A program made the position numbers and the translations under genes. A stretch of 64,000 nt of DNA from Octopus sinensis (Eukaryota), in the NCBI RefSeq assembly GCF_006345805.1, contig NC_042998.1, positions 156,550,001 to 156,614,000 of the forward strand, given 5' to 3'. The notes under the pieces were generated by a model that worked only from the letters and a program-made list of their open reading frames with translations, searched no databases and was not told where the DNA came from. Positions 38,500 to 51,613 of this stretch are shown piece after piece (the stretch's first letter is position 1; the number at the start of each line of letters is the position of its first letter).

Positions 38500-39250
38500 T
38501 TGCCCAAGTTTGCGACCGTGAAATCAATAACATAACTGGAATAGCTAATGAACTAGAGAAGAGGCATGAAATAAGAGCTGTTATAGATCCTTCCCATAAA
38601 AGCATTGGTAAATTCTGTTATCAAAAGAACAAAATGATAAAAAAAAATGGACCAGTTCACTGAGGAAATAGCGCATGGGTAATTGGCACAAAAGGCACAA
38701 ACCACAGAATGAGATAATTATATCGAAATCTTGGCATGGAGTACCAACAAGTTTATGACATCCTACTTTGAAGGCTACCTGCATGCAATTCAAGAACAAG
38801 AGATCTCCACCATGTACCTGCAGCATAAAAGGTAGAAAATATTGACACAAAACAAATGTTGCTTGTACAAAACCAAGACTGCTGATTGCGAGAGAATATT
38901 TTCCACATATTATCTTTCCGTGAGGCATGATGCAGTGACCAGCACAGTCTGGAACAAGATAAGAATAAAGAAAACACCAACAAAAGTCGACTATATTGAG
39001 ACCGATGGGTCAAAAGAACTTTAAAAATTTTAAACAGTCACCAAGTTAAAAACCAACCGGCTAGATAGTGTAGTGAGGGACCATAAGAAAAAGATAGGCT
39101 CTGTTATGGAAAGCAGCTGCTCTCTAGACATCTATGTGGTTAGCAAAAGTACAGGTGAAAGAGGACAATTATGGACTATTGATAAGGTGTTTGCAAATCT
39201 TGTACACGTTAAGCATCATATTTATTATTATTGGAGTAACAAGATATGTA
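38500..39250 (+). mobile_element. Decayed RLE-type LINE fragment (R4/NeSL-like)
   Basis: MTSYFEGYLHAIQEQEISTMYL..NKCCLYK..YYLSVRHDAV resembles the EG...AIQDQ..CRLC..RHD C-terminal region. Confidence 0.6.
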
Positions 39251-39996
39251 CTGAACCGTTTGTTCAGTTGAACTTGAGTTCTTGGGGGAGAAAACGCAAC
39301 TCTAATTCATACTCTACGAATGATCACTATATCTGGGACTATAAAAAGTCTGCAAGATTTTCTTAAGATTTAAAGGATGATGAACAAATAAGATGCTTCT
39401 CTTTACAACCAAGCAGGTGGCGGGTCAAAATTAAAATTAGAGAAAGAAAACATACGTATCCGTATTTACCTGTGTATATACAAACACGCATATAAAATTT
39501 ATCTATACTGTTAAATCACACAATGAAGGCCTCCTTGCACTAAAACATTGTCTCGATTTACGTCCTGACCCTCAAACTAGCACATCTACCCTCCTCCACT
39601 TGGCCAAATTAGTCCGCTCTTTAAATTGTTTCTCGTTCGCTGAGTACACTTGCTTCGCCACTGGCTGAAACGCTGAATCAGAGCTGACCTTGGTAAGCAC
39701 AACACATGTAAAACAACAGTTGTGATTACATGAGATCAAACCTGACTAGAATAAGATTTTTGTCATTTTCTTAATCTGTGATAATATCAGTAATATTTAC
39801 AAAATACTGTTTGAAGTTTAAATATTGGTCAAATACGTGACAGAGAATAAATAATTTTAACAAACTGAAGTATATTCTGAAGTAATTAATAGTGGTTTCA
39901 AATTTTGTTTAGGGCGTGGGGTAAGTCGATTACATCGACGACACAAATACACAAGTATAATATACAAATACACGTACATACACACACACATGCACA

Positions 39997-40119
<123 letters not shown>

Positions 40120-41254
40120 GCATACAGACACAAATCCGTACTATATAAACATATGGAAATGTATTTTGTCGAGAAATTGATCTTTGTAACGTCGCGCAAC
40201 TTTCAAAGTGGTAAGTTATTTAGTAATATATTGTTATTTGGACAAACATAATGAATGATATAATAACAGTTCAACACGCACGCACGGGCACACACACACA
40301 ACCACACACACACACGCACACAGAGGAATGCTTACACAAGTGTGCCCCTAACCGACTTTATTTCTTCATAACATTCAGGAAAATGAATATTTATAATGAA
40401 ATTTTCTACATGTGCATCAGATGGTGTAAATTACGATTATATCCGAATTTATTGTGAACATTTTTTCTGAGGAGCAGGGGTGAGAAGAGTTTCAGAAAAT
40501 TCACACGAGTTGGCATTGTTCCTTCATAACCTGCGGAAAATTGGGAATTTAATTATAAAATTTTCTACAAATACCTTTCAAATGACTAGGATACGATTAT
40601 ATCGAAATTTAATGTGAAAAAGAATAGTGAGTGCTTACACACACACACACATATATATAGATAGATAGATATATATACACACTGACACATTACACTATCT
40701 TTTTCAGAATTCTAAATTTTGTTTTGTAGTCATAAGGCATGATTGTGTAGTGAGAAGCTTGCTTCCCAACCACATGAGGCCAGGTTCAGTCCAACTGCAT
40801 TGCACCTTGGGCGAGTGTCTTCTACTATAGCCTCGGGCCGACCAAAGCCTTGTGAGTGTATATATATATATATATATTGTTGTCTCTGGAGAATCATACT
40901 GCCTTAATGTAACACACACACACCCGTTCAATTTCCACTCATTTATTATTTATATTTCTTTTTCTTCCATTAAGTCATTAAGGTAGTATGACTCTCCCCA
41001 GATATTACAAAATTTGCTTCAACAAACGTATTCACATAAAGAATCTTGCAAACCAGATACAAAAACGAAGTGTATATTTATATATATGTAACGGTTATTG
41101 TTAAGGTATTGATTGCCAGTGTAACGGTTTGTATTACGATATATGTTGGAGTCGGCAGTTAGCGATTGTATCGAGTGTTGCTGTTGTAGATGTGCAAGAT
41201 GAACAAAAAACAGTGACCGAAGTCGTCAAGAAATATTTATTTACTGTTACTTTG

Positions 41255-42110
41255 GGATCTTTTCCTTTTGAACGGCAGTTTTCAACACAATTTCTAGTTG
41301 ACTAAACACTTTTAAACTTCGTATACTGGTAGAATGTGTTTATAAAACATCATTTTTTCTTGGCTTTATTGAGAAAAATCTATAGTTTGTAACATATTTC
41401 CACTTTAAAATCGAGCATTTCGGCAATTTTAATACGTCCATTTGGGGTGAAAACATACCGTGCTGTATGAATATGTCCCTTGTTTAAGAAACAGATTGGG
41501 TTTATTTACATTTGCGAAGAAAAAGAGATACCTTAACCCCACCCCTAACCCTAACCCTAACTCCACCCCTAACCCTAACCCTAACTCTAACTTACCCTAA
41601 CCCTAAAACAGATTGAAATGCAATAGATCGATACTAGGGTTATAATTATGGGTGACATTGTCATTTGACACCGCTAGAAAAAATCCCATTTTCCGTAGCG
41701 GTGTCGTATGAAATTGTCACCCATAATTATAACCCTAGTATCGATTTATTACATTTCAATCTATTTTAGGGTTAGGTTTAGAGTTATGGTTATGGTTAGG
41801 GTTAGGGTTAGGGGTGGGGTTAGGGTATCTTTTTTTCTTCGCAAATGTAAATAAACCCAATCTGTTTCTTAAACGAGGGACATATTCATACAGCACGGTA
41901 TGTTTTCACCCCAAATAGACGTATTTGATTGGTTAAAATTGCCGAAATGCTCGATTTTAAAGTGGAAATATGTTACAAACTATAGAATTTTCTCAATTAA
42001 GCCAAGAAAAAATGATGTTTTATAAACACATTCTACCAGTATACGAAGTTTAAAAGTGTTTCGTTAACTAGAAATTGTATTTACATATGCCGTTCAAAAG
42101 GAAAAGATCC
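41255..42110. mobile_element. 856-bp foldback MITE with telomere-like repeats
   Basis: Arms of about 415 bp inverted around a 19-nt spacer (41677-41695); ends GGATCTTTTCCTTTTGAACGGCA; exact 8-bp TSD TTACTTTG (41247-41254, 42111-42118); a lone identical 23-bp terminus at 54145-54167. Confidence 0.93.
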
Positions 42111-45100
42111 TTACTTTGTACATATCCAAAACCACGACGGGTTGGTATGTATAATTAGTAAATGGAAAAGCAAACGAAATAAAAAGAGCGAATTTCGGCC
42201 GGTATGTGGGTACATGTTCTTATTGTAGTAGTAAACCATGGACAGTGATAGCATAATGTCGTAAGAGGAAAGAAATTGAACTAGTGAAAGTTATAGAGTC
42301 GAGGGATGTTGTGTCTCATTTCCTCTTCCACACGTCACCTATATATCTCTTTCGATATGGCTACTACGCAAAAAAATGACGCCTCCTTATCCTTGTTAAA
42401 GGAGGAGGGCGGCACAATTTTGATGATAGATTCAGTCGATAACCGTACTCTTTCCGCATCTGACATCAGGTGTTCGACATAGGTTATCAGTCCTCTCAGT
42501 TTCTCACAATGTACGAAGGCGTGCGTGACAGTTTCACTGACACGCCCGCACCTTGGGAATATGGGTGGGGTACCAGCACCATGCTTTGACAACTTCTCTC
42601 GAACTGGCAAGGTATCCCTAACCCATCTTTTAACGGTTTCTGGTGGCTGATGGAGCGCCTCACAAGTGTTGATTTCCCATTCTACAAAAGGCGGAAAAGG
42701 ATCCGTTCCAGCTTGGTCAGCCACACCCCGGGGCAAGGCACAACGTTTAGGCGGTAGGTTATCACAGAGGCTATAAATACCTGTGCAATCTCGGCTCTCT
42801 CTAGCAAGGATAGCAACCTCCCAGACCAAGTCTGGGTTATGGCCGTCACCTTGCCTGTGACCTCCAGTTTTTCTGGAGGTCTGGTCCAAACCAGATCCCG
42901 AGCAATTTAACCGGACCCTCCGTCCAACGTCCCAGGACGCTGTTGGGAGGCATCAGCTTACCCCTCCAGGTGCCGAGTTGCAAGCCGACTGATTTATTCT
43001 GGTTAATTTTTGCTCGCGCCACCGCTTCGCATCTTTTGATGGCGTTTTCTACATGAGGTAACTGCCCTTCATTCGATACGATGATGGTGACATCATCCGC
43101 ATATGCTGTCGCGCTCCTACCATAACATAGATCACGCGGGTCTCCCCCCGTGGCCTCCAACCTCCGCAGCAGTGGCTCAAGAGCCAATACATACAGAAGC
43201 GGAGAGAGGGATTCTGTATGTATTGGCTCTTGAGCCACTGATGCGGAGAAGAAACCGTTCACCCGGACGATTGAATCGATGTCACTATACATAGCATTGA
43301 TCCATCCACAGAAAGTCGGGCCCAGTCCGACCGACCGGAAAACCGCCGCCAGATACGGATGGTCAAACTTATCGAATACTTTAGACTGGTCTAAATTCAC
43401 CAGTGCCCCACCTTTGTCAGAAATTTTACCCACCCGCTCTGTAGTGTAGCGTATGAGGTGAAGGTTGTTGTGTATTGTCCTGCCTGGGATGGCACATGTG
43501 TGTACCTCTCCCACCAGGTCGCCCACGACAAGCCTCATTCTCTTGGCTAACACCTTGGCCAAAATCTTTAACTCTGTGATTAGCAGAGTTATGGGTCTAA
43601 AGTTATTAATGTCATTCCCCTTGCTCGGGTCCTTCCTGATCAGTGTCACTACTCTCCGGCTCACAGATTTGGGAATTCTCCCGTTCTGGTGCCAGTTCGC
43701 GTATACACCGGCCAGTAAGTTCCCGAACAAGTCTGGCATACTCTTATAAAATTCGTAAGGAAGACCATCCAGTCCCGGCGACTTGTCCTCGGGACCCTCG
43801 GAAAGCACCTCTATGACCTCCACAGCTGTAATCGGCCCTTCATAGCGCTCCGCCTCATGTGTCAAGAGACACGGTCCACCGGCCAGGAAATCCCGAAGGG
43901 CATCCCCATGATCCAGCGTCCCGCCCCTCTTGAACAACGCAGCGAAATGCTCCTGAAAGGCCTTATACATCTCTTCTTGTCCGTCGATCTCCTATCCTTG
44001 TTCATTTACCACAGACCTTATCGTAGCATCTACGCCACGTTGGGTTTCTACCGAGCGAGCCCACCCGGCAGCGTTGATACTCTCGCGACCCAGTGCACGT
44101 ACTTTAACCCAGACCCTGCAACCTTCGTGTTTGGCATTGAGGTATCGGTCCAAGACCGATCTCGCCGCAAAAACTTGGGGTGCAGAGCCCACTCTCAGCG
44201 CCTCTTCTAATGCCTTAACTAGAGACTCTTCTACTCTAACCTGCTCTAAACTTAACTGTTTGCTAAATCTAATAAACTCAAGTCGAATGGCTCTTTTGAG
44301 GGCCACTCACCACCGGTTATTCAACATGGTACCGGTGAGTTCCCTCATGACTAACTCCTTAATCTGGTTACGGTATATTTCGCAAGCCAATAGGGTCTTG
44401 TTCAACTTCCAGTAACCAGATCCCTGTCTATAGACTTTATCTATATGCATCTTACACGTCAGCAATTTGTGATCCGTGTAGGGTATATACGTAAACTGTG
44501 GACAGCTAAAAGAGGACCTATCTCTAGTATTCACGACTATCCTGTCTATATAAGACCTGAGAGATCCGTCGTTATTACTCCAAGTCCACATTAGAACTCT
44601 TGGATTTTCGAGTCTGAATCGATCTGCCAGCCTAAACCGCCTCAGCAGATCGATGAGGCATTAGTTACTTTTCCTACCGGTTGAGCCAACGTTATCTAGG
44701 CGTGCGTCTAGAATAGCGTTAAAGTTTCCTAACATTAATATTGTCTTTGACGTCACAAGAAAATCCTCCAGGCGTCGGTAGAACTCATTCCGTTTGCCCG
44801 CTATGCAAGGCGCGTAAATGCCGATCAACCAGAAGGTCTTACCACTGAAAGTCAGATCCAGAACGACCGAATCACTTTCTGGGTCTACAAAGTTTGCACG
44901 TGTCTGCAGAGCCAAGCATTTTCGGATCAAAACCATAACGCCACCCCTCCTCCTTTCCGACTAGGAGACATGATTTTCTCATAGTCTTTTAGGAGGTTTG
45001 AGAAGGCCTGCAGCTTGTCCAGCTTGGTCTCTGTGGCAACCATAATATGAGTTTTACCTGACCTGAGGCTTGCTTCCACTTCGAGCTCAGGCCACGCACA

Positions 45101-47030
45101 TTCAGCCTACACGTAGTACAGCCATGTAAAAAAAAAAAAAAAACAAGAAAAGAAGGAAATTTGCATACCTTAATCCAAGGGGAACGTTCTCAGTACCACT
45201 GAGGCTGAGACCATCCCCTTCGTCTCTTCTTAGGTGGGTTCCATTGACGAGTGGTACACTTTGGGCGTGTCTGTTAGTTCACGTATCTCTTTAGGATACC
45301 TGCTTTTTAGGTCCATAAAAAGATCTCGTGGTATTTTCGCTATACTGTTCGGGTTTTTAGGGTTACTTGTCCAGAAAATGTTACTCTTTAAATGGGGCTT
45401 GAATATCCCCATCATTGTATTTTTAAAAATTACGGTTATCCTTTCTTCTAAATTGTGTGTTACTTCCACTTCTAGATGAAATAATTTTTTCCTCTTTTTT
45501 CTTTCCTCCGGGTTAATCTTCTTCCTTTCCTTCTTTTTTGGAGCCGCATCTTTATTTAGTGACTCCGTTACCTTTTTAAGCCTTTTTCGCGACACGGTTT
45601 CGAAGTTCAATTCTTCTACTACCGATGTCGCTCCTCTGTGGCTGGGGGTGCCGCCTCCTCTGTACTTTCCTCTTGTTCATTTTCTTGGTTTTTTTCCTTT
45701 TGTGGAGGGGAGCATTTTGACACCAGGTGCCCCTTTTTTCCACATTTGAAGCACCTGAGCTTCCTCCCCTCCACATGTACTGTTAACACGATATCCTCTC
45801 CGAATAATATCTTTTCGGGCAATTTTTCTAAATCGATCATTGTGGCTTTCACCAGGACTTCTAGTGTTTGGCCTCTTTTGCGGTGCATCTCTCGTTATTT
45901 AGATTATGTCTATTTTATCCTCCCTCTCGTACATTAGTGTAGCCAGTATCCAATTCATTTCCATCTCGGGTGGGGGGGGATATTTTTAATTTTAATCCCA
46001 GATATCGTACCAAATTCTAGTATTTATAACTATCCAAAAATAGCTAGAAGGATAGACATAGTGTTGAGATCAAGAGATTTCGTTGGGGGTCTGTTATCTC
46101 TATTCTAGCTTTTGGTGAAATAGACAAGGTTAGAGGGGTCAAGTGGCAAAGACATTCTGCTTAGCGAAGGCATTCGGCAAATGTAACTGCTGTCACGAGC
46201 GAACTCTGCCAATTCCACCGGCAGAAAATATAGCAGCCGTAGAACCAACAACAGAACCAACAATACCACCACTACCAGCGCAGCGAACAGCATTAGCGAC
46301 GTCAACGACAGCAACACCAACAACAGTGTCGACTACAGCCCCAACGGCACCATCACTAACAGCGACCACAGTGATGTCACCTCAAACACCAGCCTTACCA
46401 ACAGCTTCCCCAATAGCAGACATAACAACACACCACTGACAGGCCTCGCAGCCCTGATTATAACAGCATTAACAGACCCAGTGTCGATACCAACTATATC
46501 AGCGACAACACCAACAGCAGCAGCAGCGACCCTAGCGGGGGCACTGGCATAGACGCGAATAATGGTAACCCTGACAACAGTAACGGCACCCTCACCATCG
46601 GGGAAGATAGTAATAATAACAATAATAGTAACAACTTTGGCTACAGTGTTAGCAACTACATCGTCTCCTCTATAACCGGCAATAACTTTACCAACGCCAC
46701 CCCCACCTTCACCAACACCAACGGCCCCGACTCCAGCAACACCATTATCGACGACAGCAACAACGGCAACATTAATAACATCAACAGTTGCATCACCGGC
46801 TACGCACGCGGGAGCAGCAACACTACCGACGCAACCACCAACAGCCCTGGTTCCAGCATCAACAACATTAACAGCGGCACCGACGAGAGCAACGGCAGCA
46901 GCAACAACAACAACAGAAATAGGCGCCACCAATATCACGCATCCAAGGAAATACATTGAATGGACGGGAAATTCCTTTAAGAAACGTTTTTCCAGCCATA
47001 GATCTTCCTTCAGGGTCCTGAACACTTTTG
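42111..47030 (+). mobile_element. RT-less Penelope-like remnant split by the Tx1 LINE
   Basis: Parts 42111-42334 and 46070-46200 are contiguous in the paralog at 58940-59345; Asn/Ser/Thr-rich linker; RNRR..NIT; GIY-YIG-like KYIEWTGNSFKKRFSSHRSSF at 46946-47010. Confidence 0.55.
42335..46070 (-). mobile_element. L1 superfamily (Tx1-like) LINE, decayed, 3' end missing
   Basis: ORF1 with CFKCGKKGHLVSKC knuckle; endonuclease GIYAP, LGNFNA, WTW, IDRI, TDH, GYWKLN; RT SPGLDG, FRPITLL, YADD; C-terminal CG..ETVTHAFVHC. Confidence 0.92.
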
Positions 47031-49212
47031 TTAACGATTTAACTTTTAAGTTAACTTTGAAAATCATTATCGGACTAATCAACTTCCGTTACATTAAGCT
47101 TCCGTTAACTCAAGTCCGTTAACCCCAAAATTTCAGAAAAACCGGTAAACGTTTAAAAGTTTCTGTTGTTTTCATTTTGTCTTAGCATATTTAATACTGT
47201 ATGCATCATTCTTCCAACCCCAATATAACGCCACTTATTATAAATAACTTATAGGACCTCGCTTGGCCCTGCCTGGATGTGAAACCAAATCCACCCGGTT
47301 GTCGCTTGCAAAGACTGCCGGAAATTTCTTTGTCCTGTCAAGAAGGATCAGTGATTAATGTGTTTCCAGTTGATCCGTGACCTCGCTGAGGCGGATGTCA
47401 ACAGAAAAAAATATTGACTTCCATAAAGGGGAAAAAAATAAATGGAAGGAAAAAAGTTGGTAAATATTTTGGTGTGAACGTAAATATTTCAGTGTGAACG
47501 TAAATAGCTGTTACGTGGTAGTAGGGCATGCTAAAAATAACAACCAAATCTTTCCTTTTCTGGAAAAAGGAGCCGTCTACGCGTGATTTCGATGCCACAT
47601 TCGTTGAAAACATACAGAATAATCTGGAAAACAAAAATAGACCAGCAAAACAAAACTCCCTTGGTGGGAAACTTCGAGATCCTCACCACCCTCCCATCTT
47701 TCTTTTCCGGAAAAAAGTGGTTTGAGGTGAGTTTGGAGGTCAGATACTTTGAATGCACCTGAATAAAACTGAAAAAAAAATATTCCACACCGAGGTACGA
47801 AATATTAACCGAAAGAATACAGTCTTGTACTGATTATACCCGTATTGTAATTAATTCAAATTAATATACCACATCTGGAAAAGTGGCAAAATGTTAGTCT
47901 GTTGCCATCTGGGATAATTTTAGTAACAAATCATAACAAGTCATAACAACAACTTATTATAGTCACACCAGCTGACTCCCACATATCATAACAATGTTTA
48001 CAAATTAAATAACATGTTTATCCATAATGTTATTGCTTTTACACCTGTTAATTAAATTTACCTGCCCATAAAAGTCAAATTTACTCAGCATGATCAGCTA
48101 AAATTACATATTATAAACCAGTGGTATATAAAGCACCCACTGACAAAATTTCAAATCTGTATGTAAAAAATTTACAAAGTTAGAAGCAAATACAGTGGAT
48201 ACCCCTCTTGAACCTGAATAATTCAAAATAACGTGAATAAATAAGCATTACATTTGACAGATTAATAAGAACACTAAAGATGTTTTTAGGTGTTTTTTTC
48301 TTACACACAAAACATGGCCTCGCTCGGTTGATACTAACGTGTGTTACTTGACATCATCAGTCCATAAAATTTGTTTATGTGAAGAAAAATATTGAAAAAT
48401 ATTAATAGCTGTGTGAGTGTGAAAGAAGCGAGGAGGGAGGTTTGGGGATGTACTAGAAACAATAGCCAGATCTCGCTTTAAGACATTTTCATCTGAAATT
48501 ATTAACAATTATTTTTTCAACTGAAAACGTTTCTCTCACGGGTTTTAAGTGCGTAATGAAAAAAAAAATGATCAAAAATCATTTCGGACTGAGGTGGTGA
48601 GGGGGTGGGGGTGGCTGGAGTGAAAAAAATTTCAAAATTTAAAAAAATTTTTGTTTTTTTTTTTCTTGTGAAAAGATGCCTCCCATCATTCTGAAGACTT
48701 TGGTGAAAAACTTTGAAAAAAATCCCGGTCAAAACGGCGAAGTTCCAACTTATGTGGGCCGTCTGATCCGAAACCCCGTTTTCTAGAAACTCCTCCCCCA
48801 CGCTCCCTTCCCAAAATTTTGCCTGCAAATTTTTTGTAATCATAATCTACACCATTTGAAAGATATTTGTTTAAAATTTCGTTAAAAAATACCTATTTTC
48901 CAGAAAGTTACGAGGGGGAAAATGTCGGGTCCTGTGAATTTTCCAAAACTCCTCTCCTCAACCTCTCGGAAAATTTTTTCCAGCAAATCTTTACATATAC
49001 TCAATCCACAGGATATAGGTGATTATTTGGTGAAAGTTTCGTTAAAAATTATCCATATTTCAGGATGTTATGAGGCAACGAAGTCAGTAGGGCATTAAAC
49101 TGTAGTTATGCTTTTTTTTTCAGTAAAAAGTTAACGTTAACTTCCGTTACAAAAATTAATGGATTAACGATGCCAACCACTGTGTATGTATATATGCCTA
49201 TGTATGTATGTG

Positions 49213-49596
49213 TGGAGGCGCAATGACCCAGTGGTTAGGGCATCGGACTCGCGGTCATAGGATCGCGGTTTCGATTCCCAGACCGTGCGTTGTGAGTGTT
49301 TATTGAGCGAAAACACCTAAAGCTCCACGAGGCTCCGGCAGGGGATGGTGGTGATCCCTGCTGTACTCTTTCACCACAACTTTCTCTCACTCTTACTTCC
49401 TGCTTCTGTTGTACCTGTATTTCAAAGGGCCGGCCTTGTCATTCTCTGTGTCACGCTGAATATCCCCGAGAACTACGTTAAGGGTACACGTGTCTGTGGA
49501 GTGCTCAGCCACTTACACGTTAATTTCACGAGCAGGCTGTTCCGTTGATTCGGATCAACCGGAACCCTCGTCGTCGTTACCGACGGAGTGCTTCCA
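49213..49596 (+). mobile_element. tRNA-derived SINE (family A), second copy
   Basis: Colinear with 2643-3024; flanked by (TATG)n tracts. Confidence 0.92.
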
Positions 49597-49887
49597 TCCC
49601 ATCCATGCATGTATGTATGTATGTATGTATGTATGTATGTATGTATGTATGTATGTATGTATGTATGTATGTATGTATGCATGCATGCATACATGCATGT
49701 ATGTATACACACACATACATTATTTCACGTTCCCCTTCGTCGGACAGTTTTTCTAACAAAACTTCCCGACGAACGAGAACGCGAAACTCTGAGTAACAGT
49801 TTTTGTGATATTTCTGCAGCTTTTAAATAAAGCATGTTACTCTACATCTGGTATTTCAGTACTCTTTTTTCCCACCTTGTTTCATAT

Positions 49888-50837
49888 TGTTACGACCGTC
49901 GCTCAACTCAACTCAGAACTCTAAGTCGGCGACGACGTCTACGCTCAGTCAAACGGAAATCTACCACAGAAAGCGGAATTGGGCAGCGAACGCAAACCAG
50001 TGATCGGAGACAACAACAACAAAGGAGAGAGACAGCGGAGGCAGTTGCTTACATTTAACAACAGTTTATATAATTTTACAACATCAATTAAACGTAATAC
50101 ATTTCAAATACATTTAAAAACAAAAGCATTTAACAATTCATAACTTTACAAAATCAATCAAACATAATACACAAATCGCATTTTCCAATGACATGCAACA
50201 CAATACAGAATCAAACAAAGTCTTTCTCTTTTCTTAATGTTCTTTTCTCTCTCTTCTTTTAGAGACACAGAGAGTTCGTTCTCAATTTTCTTTAAACATT
50301 TACAAGCTCTTCTTTTTTCTTAAACAGATTACACGTTCTTTTTACAGAGTCTCTTTTTTTTTAAAACATCATAATTCAACATTAAAGTTCGAAACACAAA
50401 TCAAAACATAAACAACAATACCAAATATTCCTGAACCCACTATAAGTAGTCCAGCTTCTTCGCTGTCATCCTCTTCTCTACCTCTCGCCTGCCAATTTCT
50501 CATTATTCTCTGCCTGTCTTCTTCGCCTCGCCGTTGCCTCTCGCCATCACCACCTTCTTGGCTGACCGTCCGTATCGCTGTCTGTCTCTTGCCAACAGAA
50601 CCCTTCTCCGGCCCTTCGCTGTCTGATCTCCCTAACATCAGTTCGTCGCATTTTAAAGGGTGGCATTCCCATTTTTTTCAACTTTCCCTGACCGTGTAAG
50701 GGTCAGAAGTACTTCCTAAACTCAATCTTAACCTTGCCGTTGACAAGACAAAGAACCATTACTTTTTCCCCCGCCGGTTCGACTCCAACCCACGGAACTA
50801 GGGCATAGCGTTTTCCCGTTTATTCATCTCCGTAACA
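49888..50837. mobile_element. Solo LTR, 950 bp, unrelated to the three Gypsy copies
   Basis: TGTTACG..CGTAACA termini and 4-bp TSD ATAT (49884-49887, 50838-50841). Confidence 0.75.
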
Positions 50838-50914
50838 ATATATATGTGCTTACTCCGGTATATATATATATAAATTCGAAATATTACATTTCTAAATCTG
50901 GAGACATATCACTT

Positions 50915-50980
<66 letters not shown>

Positions 50981-51059
50981 TATATATATATAATCCTAAG
51001 TCTAATTTTATTTAATTTAATCTAATATATTATATTATATATAATATTATATATATATA

Positions 51060-51098
<39 letters not shown>

Positions 51099-51110
51099 TA
51101 TATATATTAC

Positions 51111-51490
51111 TCTTTTACTTGTTTCAGTCATTTGATTGCGGCCATGCTGGAGCACCGCCTTTAGTCGAGCAAATCGACCCCGAGACTTATTCTTTGTAAG
51201 CCCAGTACTTATTCTATCGGTCTCTTTTGCCGAACCGGTAATTGACGGGGACGTAAACACACCAGCATCGGTTGTCAAGCAATGCTAGGAGGACAAACAC
51301 AGACACACAAACACACACATACATATACATATATACGACGGGCTTCTTTCAGTTTCCGTCTCACAAATCCACTCACAAGGCATTGGTCGGCCCGGGGCTA
51401 TAGCAGAAGACACTTGCCCAAGATGCCACGCAGTAGGACTGAACTCGGAACCATGTGGCAAGCTACTTACCACACAGCCACTCCTGCGCC
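51111..51490 (-). mobile_element. tRNA-derived SINE (family B)
   Basis: Head GGCGCAGGAGTGGCTGTGTGGTAAG.., tail ..GGCGGTGCTCCAGCATGGCCGCAATCAAATGACTGAAAC; between (TA)n tracts. Confidence 0.88.
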
Positions 51491-51501
51491 TATATATATA
51501 T

Positions 51502-51532
<31 letters not shown>

Positions 51533-51613
51533 TATATATAATATAATATAATATATATATATATAATATATAATATATATATAATAATATATATATATAT
51601 ATATATAATAATA

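Noticed and set aside
41534-41825. True telomere or chromosome fusion point
   Set aside because: The arrays are short, degenerate and lie inside a TSD-flanked foldback element.
42190-42270. A fourth hammerhead (GGCCGAAA on the minus strand)
   Set aside because: No recognisable CUGANGA or helix III at a suitable position.
46333-47082. 249-aa Val/Ala/Gly-rich ORF resembling a membrane protein
   Set aside because: It is the antisense reading of a low-complexity AAC/ACA-rich tract; the informative motif is on the opposite strand.
47020-49185. A single hAT-like element bounded by GTTAAC-rich ends
   Set aside because: Both ends share TTCCGTTA/GTTAAC words but I could not pair terminal repeats or find a TSD.
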